NCBI RefSeq assembly: GCF_030028105.1
Contig: NC_092393.1
Location: 37,363,248 to 37,427,247, forward strand
Origin: Mobula birostris
Lineage: Eukaryota
DNA length: 64,000 nt
Reading direction: 5' to 3'
A model generated the notes under the pieces. The model saw only the letters and a list, made by a program, of their open reading frames with translations. It made no database searches and was not told where the DNA came from. Positions 26,499 through 39,830 of the stretch are shown here, piece by piece. Each line of letters starts with the position of its first letter. Positions within the stretch are counted from its first letter, which is position 1. The translations under genes and the position numbers were made by a program.

Positions 26499-28304
26499 TT
26501 AGTCCAGCAGTCATGGAGCATTTGGATCCCTTCTTTGTAGAGGTGGTCCACAGCAGGGGTGATTGATAAGTTTGTGGTCTAAGGTAGAAGGAGATGAGTT
26601 ACTAACTTCAAACTTTCTGCATTATCACTCAAAGAGTTGAACTGCACGTGCATGTAATGAGAGCGTCTTGGACCTCCAGGTGGTCCACAGCAGGGGTGAT
26701 TGATAAGTTCATGGCCTAAGGTAGAAGGAGATGAGTTATACAGCTCTCGTTATATGCATGTGCAGTTCAGCTCTTTGAGTGATTATGCAGAAAGTTTGAA
26801 GTTAATAACTCATCTCCTTCTATAGTAGGCCACGAACTTATCAATCATCACTGCTGTGGACCACTTTCTGGAGGTCCAAGACACCGACTTCTACAAAGAA
26901 GGGATCTGTATGCTCCACGACCGTTGTGTGTAAATGTAGGAAAAATAAATGTGCTAGGTTTTCTAAAATTGACTCATTCTACTTTAGGCCACAAACTTAT
27001 CAATCACCCCTCGTAGGTTGCTGTCAGAATTTTAAGAAGTATCTATATGCACTTGAATCGTTTCAACATAGAAGACGAAGCACCAAGCGCTGAGAGATGG
27101 CATCAATACATAAGGGTGCCCATAGGTTGGTGTGTACGTGTTCCTGATTCTATTCTGTATGATTCTATGAGTTTATGACTGCGGATCTGCCAACATAATG
27201 TTATCTAACCTATCCTTGAATCAGGGTCAGCACAATTTAATTAAATTTGTCAAATTTCCGGCAACATCTCTGTGTGTTTGGAAGCTCTGCGCTTGGGAAA
27301 TGCATAAACTCATACCATTGTACCTTGAGAGGGGGAAGAAAAAAGTAATCTTTAAAGTAGCTAGGTGATGTGAAAATACTGTTCTACCATTTGGCAGTTA
27401 CCCCTCCATAATGCAGTAATTCAGCAACTATCCTACCACGTTCAATTGAAAAGTTGATTCTATTCTTCCTTCCTTGGTCGTGACGGGTACCTTTCCACAC
27501 AAGTGTTGTGGGTGATCACTGTCACTGAGGCAGTAAAAGCTGAAAAGGAGACATACAATGTCAGTTCATAATTAGTGATATAGAACCACTCAGCTCAGAA
27601 GAGTTATGGGATAGAAGCTTGATGGAATGTGACTCCAGTTTTACACTAGAGTGTGGTATTGGAGATGAAAGCTATTCACATTTTATGTATCTTTGTTTAC
27701 ATCTGTCCTGGGTATCTTTACATGTGTTATGTCTTCTGATTAAGCTGCGTTATACCTCAGTGTTTCATTATGAAAAGTTTTAAAAGTGAATTTGCTTTCG
27801 CCATTAACCTATAAAGCGGACAGCTGAGATGTTCCTATGGAACTGTCTGATGATCCAGTGAAATCAACAGTGTCAAACTCTTACACTTCCTGAAGATTCC
27901 TAAATTCATAATTTTTTAAAACAGATTTCTTTTTCATGTCCTACAATATATTTTAGTCAATATAATAGCATATTTCTTGAAGATTTAGGAGTGTAGTTAA
28001 AGCAATTTGCTGAGTTAGGAATGTTTGTTATTCAAAATTAGAATATTGATCTTTGACAACAAAGTATTCAACAGAGAGCTAAAACAACTCTTATAGCAGC
28101 CAAGTTTATGGTCTATGGGTACTAAATTATGGATAGTTTTTGTGTCTTATACCTGCAGGAAATGTGCTCCATTATCATTTTATATTGAACACTAAAACTG
28201 AGTGTAAAGGATATTTTTGCATAATGGCCAGTGCTGAATTTGAACATTAGCCTTATTGTTGCTGATGACTTCAGTCATACCAACGCAAAAAACAGTCCTG
28301 CCAA

Positions 28305-28805
28305 AGTTCAGAAGCAGAATTAGAATCAGGTTTAATATCACTGGTGTATGTTATGTCGTGAAATTTGTTAACTTTGCTGCAGCAGTACAATACAATACAT
28401 GATAAATATAGGAAAACAAACTGTGAATTATAGTAAGTATATATTTATGTATATTAAATGGTTTAATTAAGTAAGTAGTGCAAAGACAGAAATAATGTCG
28501 TGAGGTAGTGTTCATGGGTTCAGTGTCCATTCAGAAATTGGATGGCAAAAGGGAAGAACATACTACTGAATGGTTGAGTGTGTGTGCCTTCAGGCTTCCA
28601 TACCTTCTTCCTGATGGTAACAATGAGAAGAGGGCACGTCCTGGGTGTTGGGGGTCCTTAATGATTGACTCAGCCTTTCTGAGACACTGCTCCTTGAAGA
28701 TGTCTTGGATTCTATGGTGGCTAGTACCCATGATGGAGCTGACTAATTTTACAATTCTCTGCAGTTTTACACAGATCCTGTGCAGTATAGCCTCCCACCC
28801 ACTGC
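28305..28805 (-). mobile_element. Rex1-like LINE 3' fragment
   Basis: ORF 28531-28812: CLRKAESIIKDPQHPGRALFSLLPSGRRY. Confidence 0.85.
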
Positions 28806-28809
28806 ATAC

Positions 28810-30930
28810 CAATTAAACAAGTTCTACCAACATGTCAACTTCGCAAGCAGAGAAGAGAATATATTAGATCTGGTCTATACCAACGTCCATGGAGCCTACA
28901 AGGTTGCACCTCACTCCCACTTCGGACACTCAGACCACATATCCATTTGGCTAATCCCTGCATACAGACCATTGGTTAAATGAGTAAAACCAGTTTACGG
29001 GAAGATCAGGACCTGGCCAGAACGTGTCACCTCAGCACTGCAGGACTGTTTTGAAAATACAAGACTGAAGCGTATTCAGTAAGGCAGCTACCTACGATCA
29101 TCACGTCAACATTAATGAGCATGTGAAATCGGTGACTGGCTACATAGGAAAATCCTTTGTGAATGTTACTGTGATTAAACACTACACTGCCAGGGCAACT
29201 CAGAAACCATGGCTGACTGCAGAAGTTCGTGCACTGCTTAGGCAGCCGATGACTCTAAGGCCAGCGAGAGCCACGATCTGTGCAATTAGGAAGACAAAGT
29301 GAGAGTTCTCCGGAAAATTCATAGACACTTTTGTGGTACTAGGGACAATTACAAGTCCACCCGGTGCGTCAATGACAGCGCAGCCTCCCTTCATGATAGG
29401 CTAAATGCCTTCTATGCACGATTTGATACAGTGACATCAAGGAAAGCCCCCTCCCTCCCTGAGGAACAGGCACCTTGACAGGCCATAGCCAAGGTGAGGA
29501 GGATCCTAGCCAGGTAAACCTCTGCAAAGTCGCAGAGCCAGGCATCATATGTGGGTGGGTGCTGAGGGATTGTGCGGCCCAGCTAAGAGAGGTCCTAATG
29601 GACATTTTAACATCTCTTTGCAACAGTCCACTGTCCCTGCAGGCTTCAAGGTAGCCCCATCATTCTGGTGCACAAGAGAGCAACAGTAACTGGCCTTAAC
29701 GATAACCAACCAGTGGCAGTGACCTCCCAGTCATGAAGTGCTTTGAGTAGCTGATGATGGATTCTATAAAATCCCACCTTCCAGCAACATTGGACCTTTT
29801 ACAGTTCATCTGCTGCTCAAACTGGTCCACTGGTGATGCCATAGCTTTGGCCCTCCACTCTATCATCTCCCACCTGGAAACCAAACCTCATACACCAGGA
29901 TGTTGTTCATCAAGTTCAGCTCAGCATTGAACAGGATCATCCCTCAGAGGCTGGTGGGTGAACTGTCCTTGTTGGGACTCAACGCCCCTCTCTGGAATTG
30001 GATCTTAGTCTTCTTGATGGAAAGACCGCAATCAGTCCAAGTTAGCAGCAATATCTCAAGCTCTATCATGCTGAGCACTGGTGTCCCCCAGGACTGTATG
30101 CTCAGTTCGCCGATTGTGCAACAATGATGAGTCGGCATATGAAGAGGAGGTGGAAAGGTGTGTCAAATGGTGTGAGAACAACAACCTGAGAACATGGCAA
30201 GACAAAAAAATATGATTGTGGACTAAAGGCAGTCAGAGATCAACCACTCTCCATTTCAATTAATAGCTCTGCCGTTTCTGAGAGTGGGGAGTACAAAGTT
30301 GATTGGTGTGCACATAACAGAATATCTAACCTTGACCCATAACACCTCCCTATTAGTTAAGAAAGCACAGCAGAGTTTACACTTTCCAAAGAGATTGAGG
30401 CATGCGAGGCTCACCACCCCCTTCTAAAAGCCTTCTACAGGAGCACCATTGAGAGTGTCCGGTCTGCTTGCATCATTGACTGGTATGGAAGCTGCAAGGA
30501 TCAGACCACAAGACACAACAGAGGATAGAAAGGGTCACTGGGGTCTCCTTCTCCCTTATTTGTGACATTTACTGGGAGCATTGTATATTCATTAAAAGCG
30601 TTGTTGAGGATCCCTACCACATATCCCACAATCTCCTTGACCCACTACTGTCAGGAAGGAGGTACAGGAGCATCAAGACTAGGACTGCCAGACCGGGTAA
30701 CATTTTGTTCCCCCAGGATGTGAGAATAATGAATACCCTGGCACCACCGAGCTGTTTACTGTACTGTTTACCTATGCTGCACGCTTCATGTGCATTTTGA
30801 ATTATATTTTATTAACTTATTTTGGAAATATTTTGTGTTATGTACTGCGTGTAATCTATGTATTGTGGTCCAGAGGAACGCTTTTCATTTGGTTGTATAC
30901 ATGTACAGTCTCACGGCAATAAACTTGAAC
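28810..30930 (+). mobile_element. Rex1-like LINE, decayed APE endonuclease end plus RT
   Basis: FYQHV..R..NILDLVYTN...FGHSDH (APE C-terminus), MLFI.FSSA.N.I.P, STGVPQ; AATAAACTTGAAC end. Confidence 0.85.
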
Positions 30931-31211
30931 CTACACCCAATCCAAAAGGTCAGTGCACGTCATCACATACAGAGTTTTCCTGTATAATGTATCTCAAGGT
31001 TTGTAATGGAGGGCCTTAATTATTATTTACAGTTTTAAATTCTTGGAGCTGATTATCACCAAAATGTCACTTGATTCTTCTCACAGCTCCAAAATGAATT
31101 TACAGTCATGGTGTTCATCATTGTGACCTGCTTAATTGACTGCACTGATAGTCTGTCCTCGCAGGACACAGCAGTTAGTATCAAATGTTTAGTGAATCTC
31201 AAAGGATGATC

Positions 31212-32075
31212 AATTGAATGGAATTGACTTTATATTAGTTACATCCTTCATTTATCTAAGGAGTAAAAATATTTACGTTACATTTCTGTCTATATGTACA
31301 ATGTGCAATTTATAGTAATTTATAATAAATAATATGTTTAACAGGACAGACAATATAACATAAAAATACAGTTGTCAGCATGAATTAGTCAGTCTGATGG
31401 CCTGGTGGAAGAAGCTGTTTCAGAGACTGCTGGTCCTGGCTCTTATGCTGCAGTACCGTTTCCAGGATGTTAGCAGTTGGAATAGACCATAGTTGGGGTG
31501 ACTCTGGTTTCCAATGATCCTTCGGGCCCTTTTTTCACACCTGTCTTTGTAAATGTCCTGAATCATGGAAAGTTCACATCTACAGATGCGCTGGGCTGTC
31601 CGCACCACTCTCTGCAGAGTCCTGCAATCGAGGGAAGTACAGTCCCCAAACTGGGCAGTGATGCAGCCAGTCAGGATGCTCTCAATTGTGCCCCTGTAGA
31701 AGGTTCTTAGGATTTTGAGGCCCATACCAAACTTCTTCAACTATCTGAGGTGAAAGGGGTGCTGTTGTGCCTTTTTCACCTCACAGCCAGAATGTACAGA
31801 CCACGTGAGATCCTCGGTGATGTTTATGCGATCAGTTAGGTAGGCGAATTGTAGGTGTCCAGTGTGGGTGGTAGCATGCTACAGATGTAGTCCTTGGCCA
31901 GCCTCTCATTTGCTTATTATTGAGGTGAGTGTGACAGGATGCCAGTCATTTTGGGTATAGGTTGTTTTGAAGCAGAAGGACACTCTACACTGGGAGAGGG
32001 AGAGATTAAAAATGTCTGTAAACACACTTGCAGTTGTGCCACGCACACTTTGAGTACCTACCCAGGTACACATTA
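31212..32075 (-). mobile_element. Rex1-like LINE fragment (internally deleted)
   Basis: ORF 31420-31740: FYRGTIESILTGCIT..LQRVVRTAQRI. Confidence 0.85.
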
Positions 32076-32544
32076 CTTTCCTTGATGTGTAAAGTAAAAT
32101 AAACGACATATGAAATAAAAATGAACACAGGCATCTGAATTTACAGTCATATAAAGGCACATAGATGAGAATAAAAAGGCTATGGAGTTGCAGCCACTAT
32201 AACTTTTTAGACAAAAAAAAAGAAAAATGCTGGATGTACTGAACAGATCAGGTAACATCTCAGTGGAGAGAACCAGTTAATGCTTCAGTTCATTGAACTT
32301 CTAAAATGCTCTTTTAATGAAATCCATCACTTTGGAATATTAATGGTCTCAAATAATATTTCAGCCAACACTTGAATTCAGTCACTAAATGAGAGAACCT
32401 TCCTCAACTGTCTTAGTTTCTCCCCTGTTCCCCAAGAAAATTCCCAAAAGGAGCATGTCACCATGTCTCAGTATAGTACAGTAGGTAGGGTCTTCAACCC
32501 AATATTAAATATAAGAAAATGGTAAGTGAAAGGATTCAACAAGT

Positions 32545-33200
32545 GAACTGCTGGAGGGATTCAGTGGGCTGAGCAATATCTGTGGGTAGAGAAGGGAATT
32601 GCTAACATTTCAGGTCGAGACTCTACATTAGGAGTGAGTGGGGGGGGGGCAGATAGCTGGTATAAAGAGGAGAGAGAAAGGGCTGAGACAGGAGCCGATA
32701 GATGACAGATAGATTGGGGGGGGGGTGAGGAATGGTGGACAGAACGAGCCATGTGGGGATGGGAGTGTGGTGGAGTTAGGAGACAGAAAGAGAAGGATGA
32801 TAAGTGTAAGCAGATGAGGGGAAAATAAGGTCACATGGTGCCAGAAGGGAAAAGGGGAAGGTATAAGTAGATACTGTGGTAAGTGGAGCCACAAAGTCTG
32901 GAAGTCCTGGACTCTGAAAAGTAAGGAAGATGAAAATAGCAATTATTAAGGTAAAGATGAAGGGCAGATGGAACCAGAAGGGGAATAGATATGATAGATG
33001 AAGTACGTGGGTGGTAGACAGACGAATCTGGGGGGGGGGCGTGGGTGCAAATGAGTGATGGGGGGACTAGAGTTAGGAGCAGATATGGGAAAGGAACAAA
33101 AATGGGAAGACTGGCGTGGATGGGAAATAGAGAGAGAGGGGGGCATGAGTTAAGGGTTACCTGAAATTGTTCAGTGTTCATACAATTGGGTTGTAGACTT
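32545..33200 (-). mobile_element. Penelope-like 3' region (ORF end, pyrimidine-rich UTR, decayed hammerhead tail)
   Basis: Minus strand SLQPNCMNTE resembles SLQPLGMNIE at about 59400; C/T-rich tract follows. Confidence 0.7.
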
Positions 33201-33321
33201 TGTCAACCTTAAATTCTCTTTATTTTGCTCTGCGCAATTGCAGATATCCAGTGCCTGTCTTTTTGCCACACAGTGCCACTCTTGCTTATACAGTGACTAG
33301 GCGGGAAATGTCTTCTAACCT

Positions 33322-34560
33322 TAAAGTTTAAAATAAATTTATTATCAATGTACATATATGTCACCATATACAATCCTGAGGTTCATGTTCTTGCGGGCAC
33401 TCTCAGTAAATCTAATAACCATAATAGAATCAATGAAAGACCGCACCCAACAAGGCAGACAACCAATGTGCAGACAACAAACTGTGTAAATACAAAAGGA
33501 AGAAAATAAATAAATAAGCAATAAATGTCGAGAAGATGAGGTGAAGAGTCCTTAAAAGTGAGTTAATAGGCTGTAGGAATAGTTCAGTGATGGGGCAAGT
33601 GAAGCTAAGGGGAGGTATCTACTTTGGTTCAAGAGCCTGATGGTTGAGGGGTAATAACTGTTCCTGAACCTGGTGGTGTGAGTACTGATGCTCCTGTACC
33701 TTCTTCCTGATGGCAGCAGTGAGAAGAGAGCATGTTCTGGACGGTGGGGGGTGGGGGTTCCCTGATGATAATCGGTGCTGCTTTCCTGCGACAATGCTCC
33801 ACGTAGATGTGCTCAATGGTGGGGAGGGTTTTACCTGTATGGACTGGGCTGTACTCACCACTTTTTGTAGGATTTTCCATTCAAGGGCATTGATGTGATG
33901 TAGCCAACCAATATACTCTCCACCACACATCTATAGAAGTTTGTCAAAGTTTTAGATGTCATGCCAAATCTTCACAAACTTCTAAGGAAGTAGAGATGAT
34001 GTTGTGCTCTCTTTGTAATTGCACTTATGTGTTGGGCCCAGGACAGGTCCTCAGAAATGATAACACCGAGGAACTTAAAGTGACTTTCTCTACCTCTCAT
34101 CTCCTGATGAGGACTAACTTATAGACCTTCAGTTTCTTCCTCCTGAGGTCAATTATCAGCTCCCTGGTCTTGCTGACATTCAGTAAGAGCTTGTTGTGGT
34201 ACCACCCAACCAGATTTTAATTCTTCTTCCGATATGCTGATTTGACACCGCCTTTGATTTGGCCAACAGTGGTGTCATCAGCAAACTTGAATATGGCATT
34301 GGAGCTGTGCTTAGCCACACAGTCATAGGTGTAAAGTGAGTAGAGCAAGGGGCTAAGCACACAGCCTTGTGGTGCACCTGTACTGATGGCGATCATGGAG
34401 GAGATGTTGTTGCCAATTGGAACTTACTGGGTTTGCAAATGGGGAAATGGGGAATCCAGTTGCACAAGGAGGTATGTGAACCTGTTGTGCCAGTAGGTAA
34501 ATTGGAGCAGATCCAAGTTGCTTCTCAGGCAAGATTTGATATGCTTCAACGCCAACCTCT
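33322..34560 (-). mobile_element. Rex1-like LINE RT fragment
   Basis: HALFSLLPSGRRYRSISTHTTRFRNSYYP; decayed KFADDT region. Confidence 0.85.
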
Positions 34561-35057
34561 TTGAGTACTCAAGTCTGACGTTTATTATTTGGAAGAAGTT
34601 GCTGGACTTGTGTTTGACAGAAGACAAAGCTTATTATTGTTTTAGGAAATTACTTGCAGATGATGCACGAATGTTACTTAGTCACTGCAGTATTGAAAAA
34701 TAAGTGCAGAACACATTGGTCTGACAGATCTTGGTACTTTGGTACTTCCATCCAGCACCAACAATGTGACAGTTGCAAGCTGGTAGGCAGCAGGGTGGCT
34801 ATAACCTTTGTAGAGAGTTGTTCAATTTTGTAAAAGAACTATTAGCTTTTGGGTAGTATACTTGGGAGTGCCAATAAATTGACGTTCACACAGAAGGAAG
34901 GCAAATCAACCAAGTGGATTGTGACCATATCAGAGGCTCTGAGCAGGACATTATGTTCTGCACTGATGCTCTTGATGATATTTAAGTGCACAGACTCTGT
35001 AACATATGATGTAAGTAATTTCAATTTAAAACATAATATTTCTGTTCTGCTTGACAG

Positions 35058-35221
35058 ACCCAAGGACAGTAATTCCCAAAACGGGGAACAACCTAATGGT
35101 GGGAAAACCAGTGGAAAAAGAGCACTGGAAGAGGAGGATGGGAATCTTGAATCCCTTTCAAAGAATAAACAGAAAAAGAAAGCACGAAATCCCAAAAAAA
35201 ATTTTGATACCTCAGTGAAAC
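35058..35221 (+). CDS. DUS1L: DUS1L coding exon 10: GPKDSNSQNGEQPNGGKTSGKRALEEEDGNLESLSKNKQKKKARNPKKNFDTSVK
   Basis: KRALEEE...LSKNKQKK...RNP basic segment of DUS1L; AG and gtaagt flanks; 164 nt. Confidence 0.94.
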
Positions 35222-36056
35222 GTAAGTTTTCTAATTTGGGATCTACGTGAAGGATGAAGCCAATTTTATAGATGGGTACGCTGAGTTATTAGTCCTGCAC
35301 TGGTCCCAGTCAAAGTGTAATGTTTTGATCAGAATATACTTTAAGTTTGATTACTTATGGAATCCTGTACAGCACAAAACTCCACAACATCTTGAGTTTA
35401 AGCAAAGAAACCAAATTACTGGTCAACTGCTAAATATTTGAGTTCCTTCCTAGTACAGTGAGCTGTGTTCTTTGCTCAGCCCCGTGGTTGTTGCCCATTG
35501 AATCTATGGCAAAAGACTCATCATGGATTTCCAAACACAACATATCTTGTTCTGCTTCAATGCACCATGTAGTGATTCGACTTGTATGAACACATGAAAG
35601 GCATGCTTTTCACTGTATCTTTTCACTGTGACAATAATAGACCAATATCAATACCAATCCTGCTAAAGTATTTAAAATCGTTCTTAAAAGTGAGTCATGC
35701 AAGATGCTACTTGGAAGCAGAATTAATAAAATCCTAGACTAACTGCATTCTTTCAATCCTTGAATTCTCTGTTCATGGTTCCAAAATGAAGGAGAAACCA
35801 AAGGACATATGACACAGTGACATAAATTAAAATCCAATAACATCAAAGCACTATCTGAGTGAAGCTGGATTTTATTATAGTGATCACTTGGCCTGAATGA
35901 AGTTGAAGGAAACCAGAAGTATTTTTTTCAGGTCTTCTATTAGTAGGAATGGGGAATAAGGCATGGTAATTACACAAAATATAAAATGTCAGCTTCAAAA
36001 GAAGACTGTTCACTCATCGAGACTGTTCTAGCCCAATTTGTACCCTAGTCCTTTTT

Positions 36057-36815
36057 CATAGAGTCATAGAGAAGTACAGCACAGAAACAGGCCCTTCAGC
36101 CCAACTAGTTCATGCTGAAACCATTTAAACTGCCTAGTCTCATGGACCTACACCAGGACCCGAGCCCTCCATATCCCTACTATCCATGTACCAATCACCT
36201 ATCCAAACTTCTCTTAAATGTTGACATGAAGCACACATGCACCACTTATGTTGGCAGCTCATTCCTCACTCTCATGATCCTCTAAGTGAAGAAGTTTCCC
36301 TTCATGTTCCTCTTAAACTTCTCACCTTTCACCCTTAACCCATAACATTTGGTTGTGGTCCCTCCCAACCTCAGTGGAAAAAGCCTGCTGCTTATATTTA
36401 CCCTATTTATAACCCTCATAATTTCGTATACCTCTATTAATTCTCCTCTCAATCTGCTATATTGTAAAGAATACAGTTCTAACCTATTCAATCTTTCCTT
36501 ATATCTCAGGTCCACCAAACCCAGCAAAATCCTTGTAAATTTTCTCTGTACCCTTTCAACTTTGCTTACATCTTTCCTGTAGGTAGGTGACCAAAACTTC
36601 ACACAATACTCCAAATTAGGCCTCACCAATATCTTATACAACTTCAAAATAACAGCCTATCTCCTGTACTCAGTACATTGATTTATGAAGGCCAGTGTGC
36701 TTCATTTATGACCCTATCTATCTGTCACACTACTTTCAATGAGTTCTGGACCTGTATTCCCAGACCCCTTTGTTCTATCACACTCCTCAGTGCCCTACCA
36801 TTCATGCCATAGAAT
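36057..36815 (-). mobile_element. CR1 LINE 3' fragment
   Basis: ORF 36282-36647: LYKILVRPNLEYCVKFWSP.YRKD..ERVQRKFTR. Confidence 0.9.
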
Positions 36816-39271
36816 TGAAGATTATAGCACAGTAACATGGCAACATGTGCATCAGTCTGTATTTGTAAGCGCCACATGGTCATTCCTTCTTGTCATCCAT
36901 GTTCTGTATTTAATTTCCCTTTAAAATCATTTATAGAATCCACTTTGAAATTGTATGTGGTGGTAAATTCAAAATAAAATGCATTCTGTGTAAAGACTTT
37001 TTTCCAACTTCCATTAATTTGCTCAAAAGCCTTGATGGATACAGGCCCGTAAATAATCTTTTACCACTATCCTCTGAAATTCTGTAATAATCTTGAACAC
37101 AGTTTATGTGTTTAAGATTCTAGACGTGGAGGCTCACAGTAAGTGATAGATAATTTAGATCTGAAATAAGAAATCCTCACTGATAGGGGTGAATCATTGG
37201 AATCCTTTACTTAAGAAAGCTGCGCAGGTTTAAACATTGAGTTTATTGAGATCAATAATTTTATGGATATTAGATGAATTGAGGGATAGGCAATAAACTG
37301 TTTGTTGAGGTCAATGTCTTATTGAATGGGGAAGCAGGTTTAAGGGGCTGCTATTGTTCCTGCTTCTTATGTTTTCCCTGTCTCATTCCCAAGTATCATC
37401 CCACTTAATCCACATTGCATCTTGCCATGCTTTCTGTATCCTCTTTTTTATTGAAGGTTGCAAAATTGTAAATACAGTTTCAGTGATGTCTTACATACTT
37501 TTTCTTACTTAATTCCTTCATATATAAATACCAGATTAATTCATTGCTTTGAGCTTGGTTTTAATAAGCGCTATGGCCTGGGTTTTGCAGCCAAGAGCAC
37601 ACTGACAACAATTAGCAATAGACTCATTTCAGAAGTGCCACTTAATCCCCAGGGGTCCTGCCAGTGAGAACTGGTGATGGTCAGTGAGTCAATCTTCTGT
37701 AACTGTTTTTTGTGTAAATTTGTGTGCTTGCAAAGTGGTATACCCAAAGAGGGGCCACGTTATCATCATACACAAAATAAGATATGAAAACTAGAGTAAG
37801 TTTCTCCCTTGGATTCTGTCTGAACAGTTAGGGGAGAAAAGTACTGTTCAAATTTTTAGGAACTTTCAGCCACTTTCAAAAACTTCGAGAAATTTATTTT
37901 CAAAACATAGCTTTTTGAAAATTTAAAAATTTGTATCAACAAGCCAAATGAGAGATTTATTTTTAATCTTTTCAAATTAATATGCATTCCGAAAGTTCTT
38001 TTTTACAAATTAACAAGCCACTGGGATGATTTTTTGAAAGTCTTGAATTAAAATCTGCTACTTGGGTCCCTCGCAGCTTTTGTCTTCTATTAAAACACTC
38101 CACTATGGGAAAATACTCCTTGCACCTTCTAGGACCTGGTGCAAAATCTATGGGTGAGTTATATTCCTACATTTGGGAAAAAAACACAAATTCGCATTGC
38201 TTTGTTTGTTAATTCCTGTTTCAGAAATATCATCATCACAGCCTGCAGGATTGTAATGCATGGCTGACAGCATCTTCAGGATTTTCATATTAAAATATAC
38301 TACATGGACATCCTAAGGTTGATGTCAGTTTCAGTTAATGGTGCTGACTGTCAGTAGTTTCTCTGAGCAATAATGATGTCTACTGGTAGCTTCACTGTCA
38401 TTACTATTGTAAAATCCTGTGTCTTCATTCTGTTCTATGGCTTTAATTGTGCTCCATTGAACATCTGAATGTGCATGATAAATATTTCAATTTTTCCATT
38501 CCTTTTTCCCAAAATGAACAACTTCACATTTATCTTGTTCACCAGTTGACGCATTTTGTTGTTCATTTGTCCCGTTATATGAAAGCTGAATTTGAAAGTT
38601 TGCTTTGCTCTCTTTAACAGTTAAAAGCTAACTGAAGGGGTGTTTATCCAATCCAGGATATCTGGGATTTAGTTTGTGCCTACATGTCTTCAACAATGAA
38701 ACAGAAATGCTGTCAATCAATGCATTTTGGTGATGAGGGGGATGGTAAAACTTGAACCTTTATATATTCTAGTTGAACAACTCTTGTGTTCTTTGGTTAA
38801 GGTACCTCTACATTGATCCATTTAAGGTGAGATGATCAGAAGTTTAGTTAAGGTTTACATTTTTAAAGAACATTTAAATGGGGGGGGCGGGGAAGGAGCA
38901 TAGGAGTGAAATTTATTGTCTCGCCAACCAAAGGTACATCTGCCAATGAAGGAGAAATTAAATTTAGGACTGATCAGGAGGACAGAATTGGAGGAGCTTT
39001 GATTTCTTGGTGAGTTATAAAGCTGTAGGAAGAAGACTATTTCTGACCACCTAAAGAAGCAAGGATGAGAATTTTTAAATTGAATTGAGAGCCATTATAT
39101 TAAAAAAAAACAGACATGTGACTGGAGAACTAGATGGTGCAAATTAGAACCAGAGCAGCACAGTTTTATATGACATCAAATTTATAGAGAGAAAAAGAAA
39201 ATATGCCAATCATGGGTGTATAGAAACAATCAAACCTATGGCTGATGAAGGCAAGAATGTAGGTTTCAATA

Positions 39272-39401
39272 CAAACACAAGAAAATCTGCAGATGCTGGA
39301 AATCCAAGCAACACACACAAAATGCTGGAGGAACTGAGCAGGCCAGGCAGCATCTATGGAAAAGAGTAAACAGTTGATGTTTCGAGCCAAGACCCTTCAT
39401 C
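39272..39401 (-). mobile_element. PLE tail fragment
   Basis: Minus strand reads GATGAAGGGTCTTGGCTCGAAACATCAACTG... Confidence 0.85.
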
Positions 39402-39520
39402 GAAATGCATCTGGTTTTACACTTTACAATTGTATATTGATGTTTTCAAAGATTTTGTGAACTTAGACATAAGAATGATAAAATCAGTTTCCTTATAACA
39501 TTTTTTTTCTTAATTTTCAG

Positions 39521-39558
39521 CTAAGTATGTGAAATGTGAACAGTGTGGGAATCCAAAG
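39521..39558 (+). CDS. DUS1L: DUS1L coding exon 11: PKYVKCEQCGNPK
   Basis: CxxCGNPK start of the C-terminal Cys-rich domain; polypyrimidine tract plus AG, gtaaga donor; 38 nt. Confidence 0.94.
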
Positions 39559-39576
39559 GTAAGATATCTTTATTCA

Positions 39577-39830
39577 TTTTTCAGGATATGTGCATTGTTG
39601 GGGAGGCCGGCAGTTATTGCATGTCTGTAATTAGCCTTGTGAGTCACTGTCTTGAACTATGGCTGTGCTTCTAGTGAAGATACTCTCATAAAGCAATTTG
39701 AGAAGGATATCCCACTGATGACAAGGAAACAGCAGTACATTTCCAAGTTAGAATGGTGGGTGACCTGGAAGGGAACCTGCAAGTAGTGATGTTCCCACAC
39801 ACCTTATCATGGGCAGTAGGTTAGGGAAGT
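39577..39830 (-). mobile_element. Ancient L2-like 3' fragment (related pieces at about 46970-47330 and 53720-54860 on +)
   Basis: The end GCAATAACTGCCGGCCTCCCCAACAATGCACATATCC resembles 47291-47330. Confidence 0.4.

Larger units (their letters stand above)
25720..27013. mobile_element. mariner-type MITE with TA TSD
   Basis: TA|CGAGGGGTGATTGATAAGTT ... AACTTATCAATCACCCCTCG|TA; long TIRs. Confidence 0.9.
25090..27170 (+). mobile_element. Old CR1 3' fragment split by SINE and MITE insertions (pieces about 25090-25280, 25600-25717, 27016-27170)
   Basis: Decayed LERV.RRFT.MLPG, FTQR...WNAL.E.V segments and a TTCTATGA tail, collinear across the insertions. Confidence 0.7.

Noticed and set aside
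26540-26860. Repeat-spacer-like pattern reminiscent of a CRISPR array
   Set aside because: Eukaryotic intron; the repeats are internal TIR copies of a mariner MITE in mixed orientation.
34849-35250. 133-aa ORF
   Set aside because: Only 35058-35221 is DUS1L exon; the remainder is intronic open frame.
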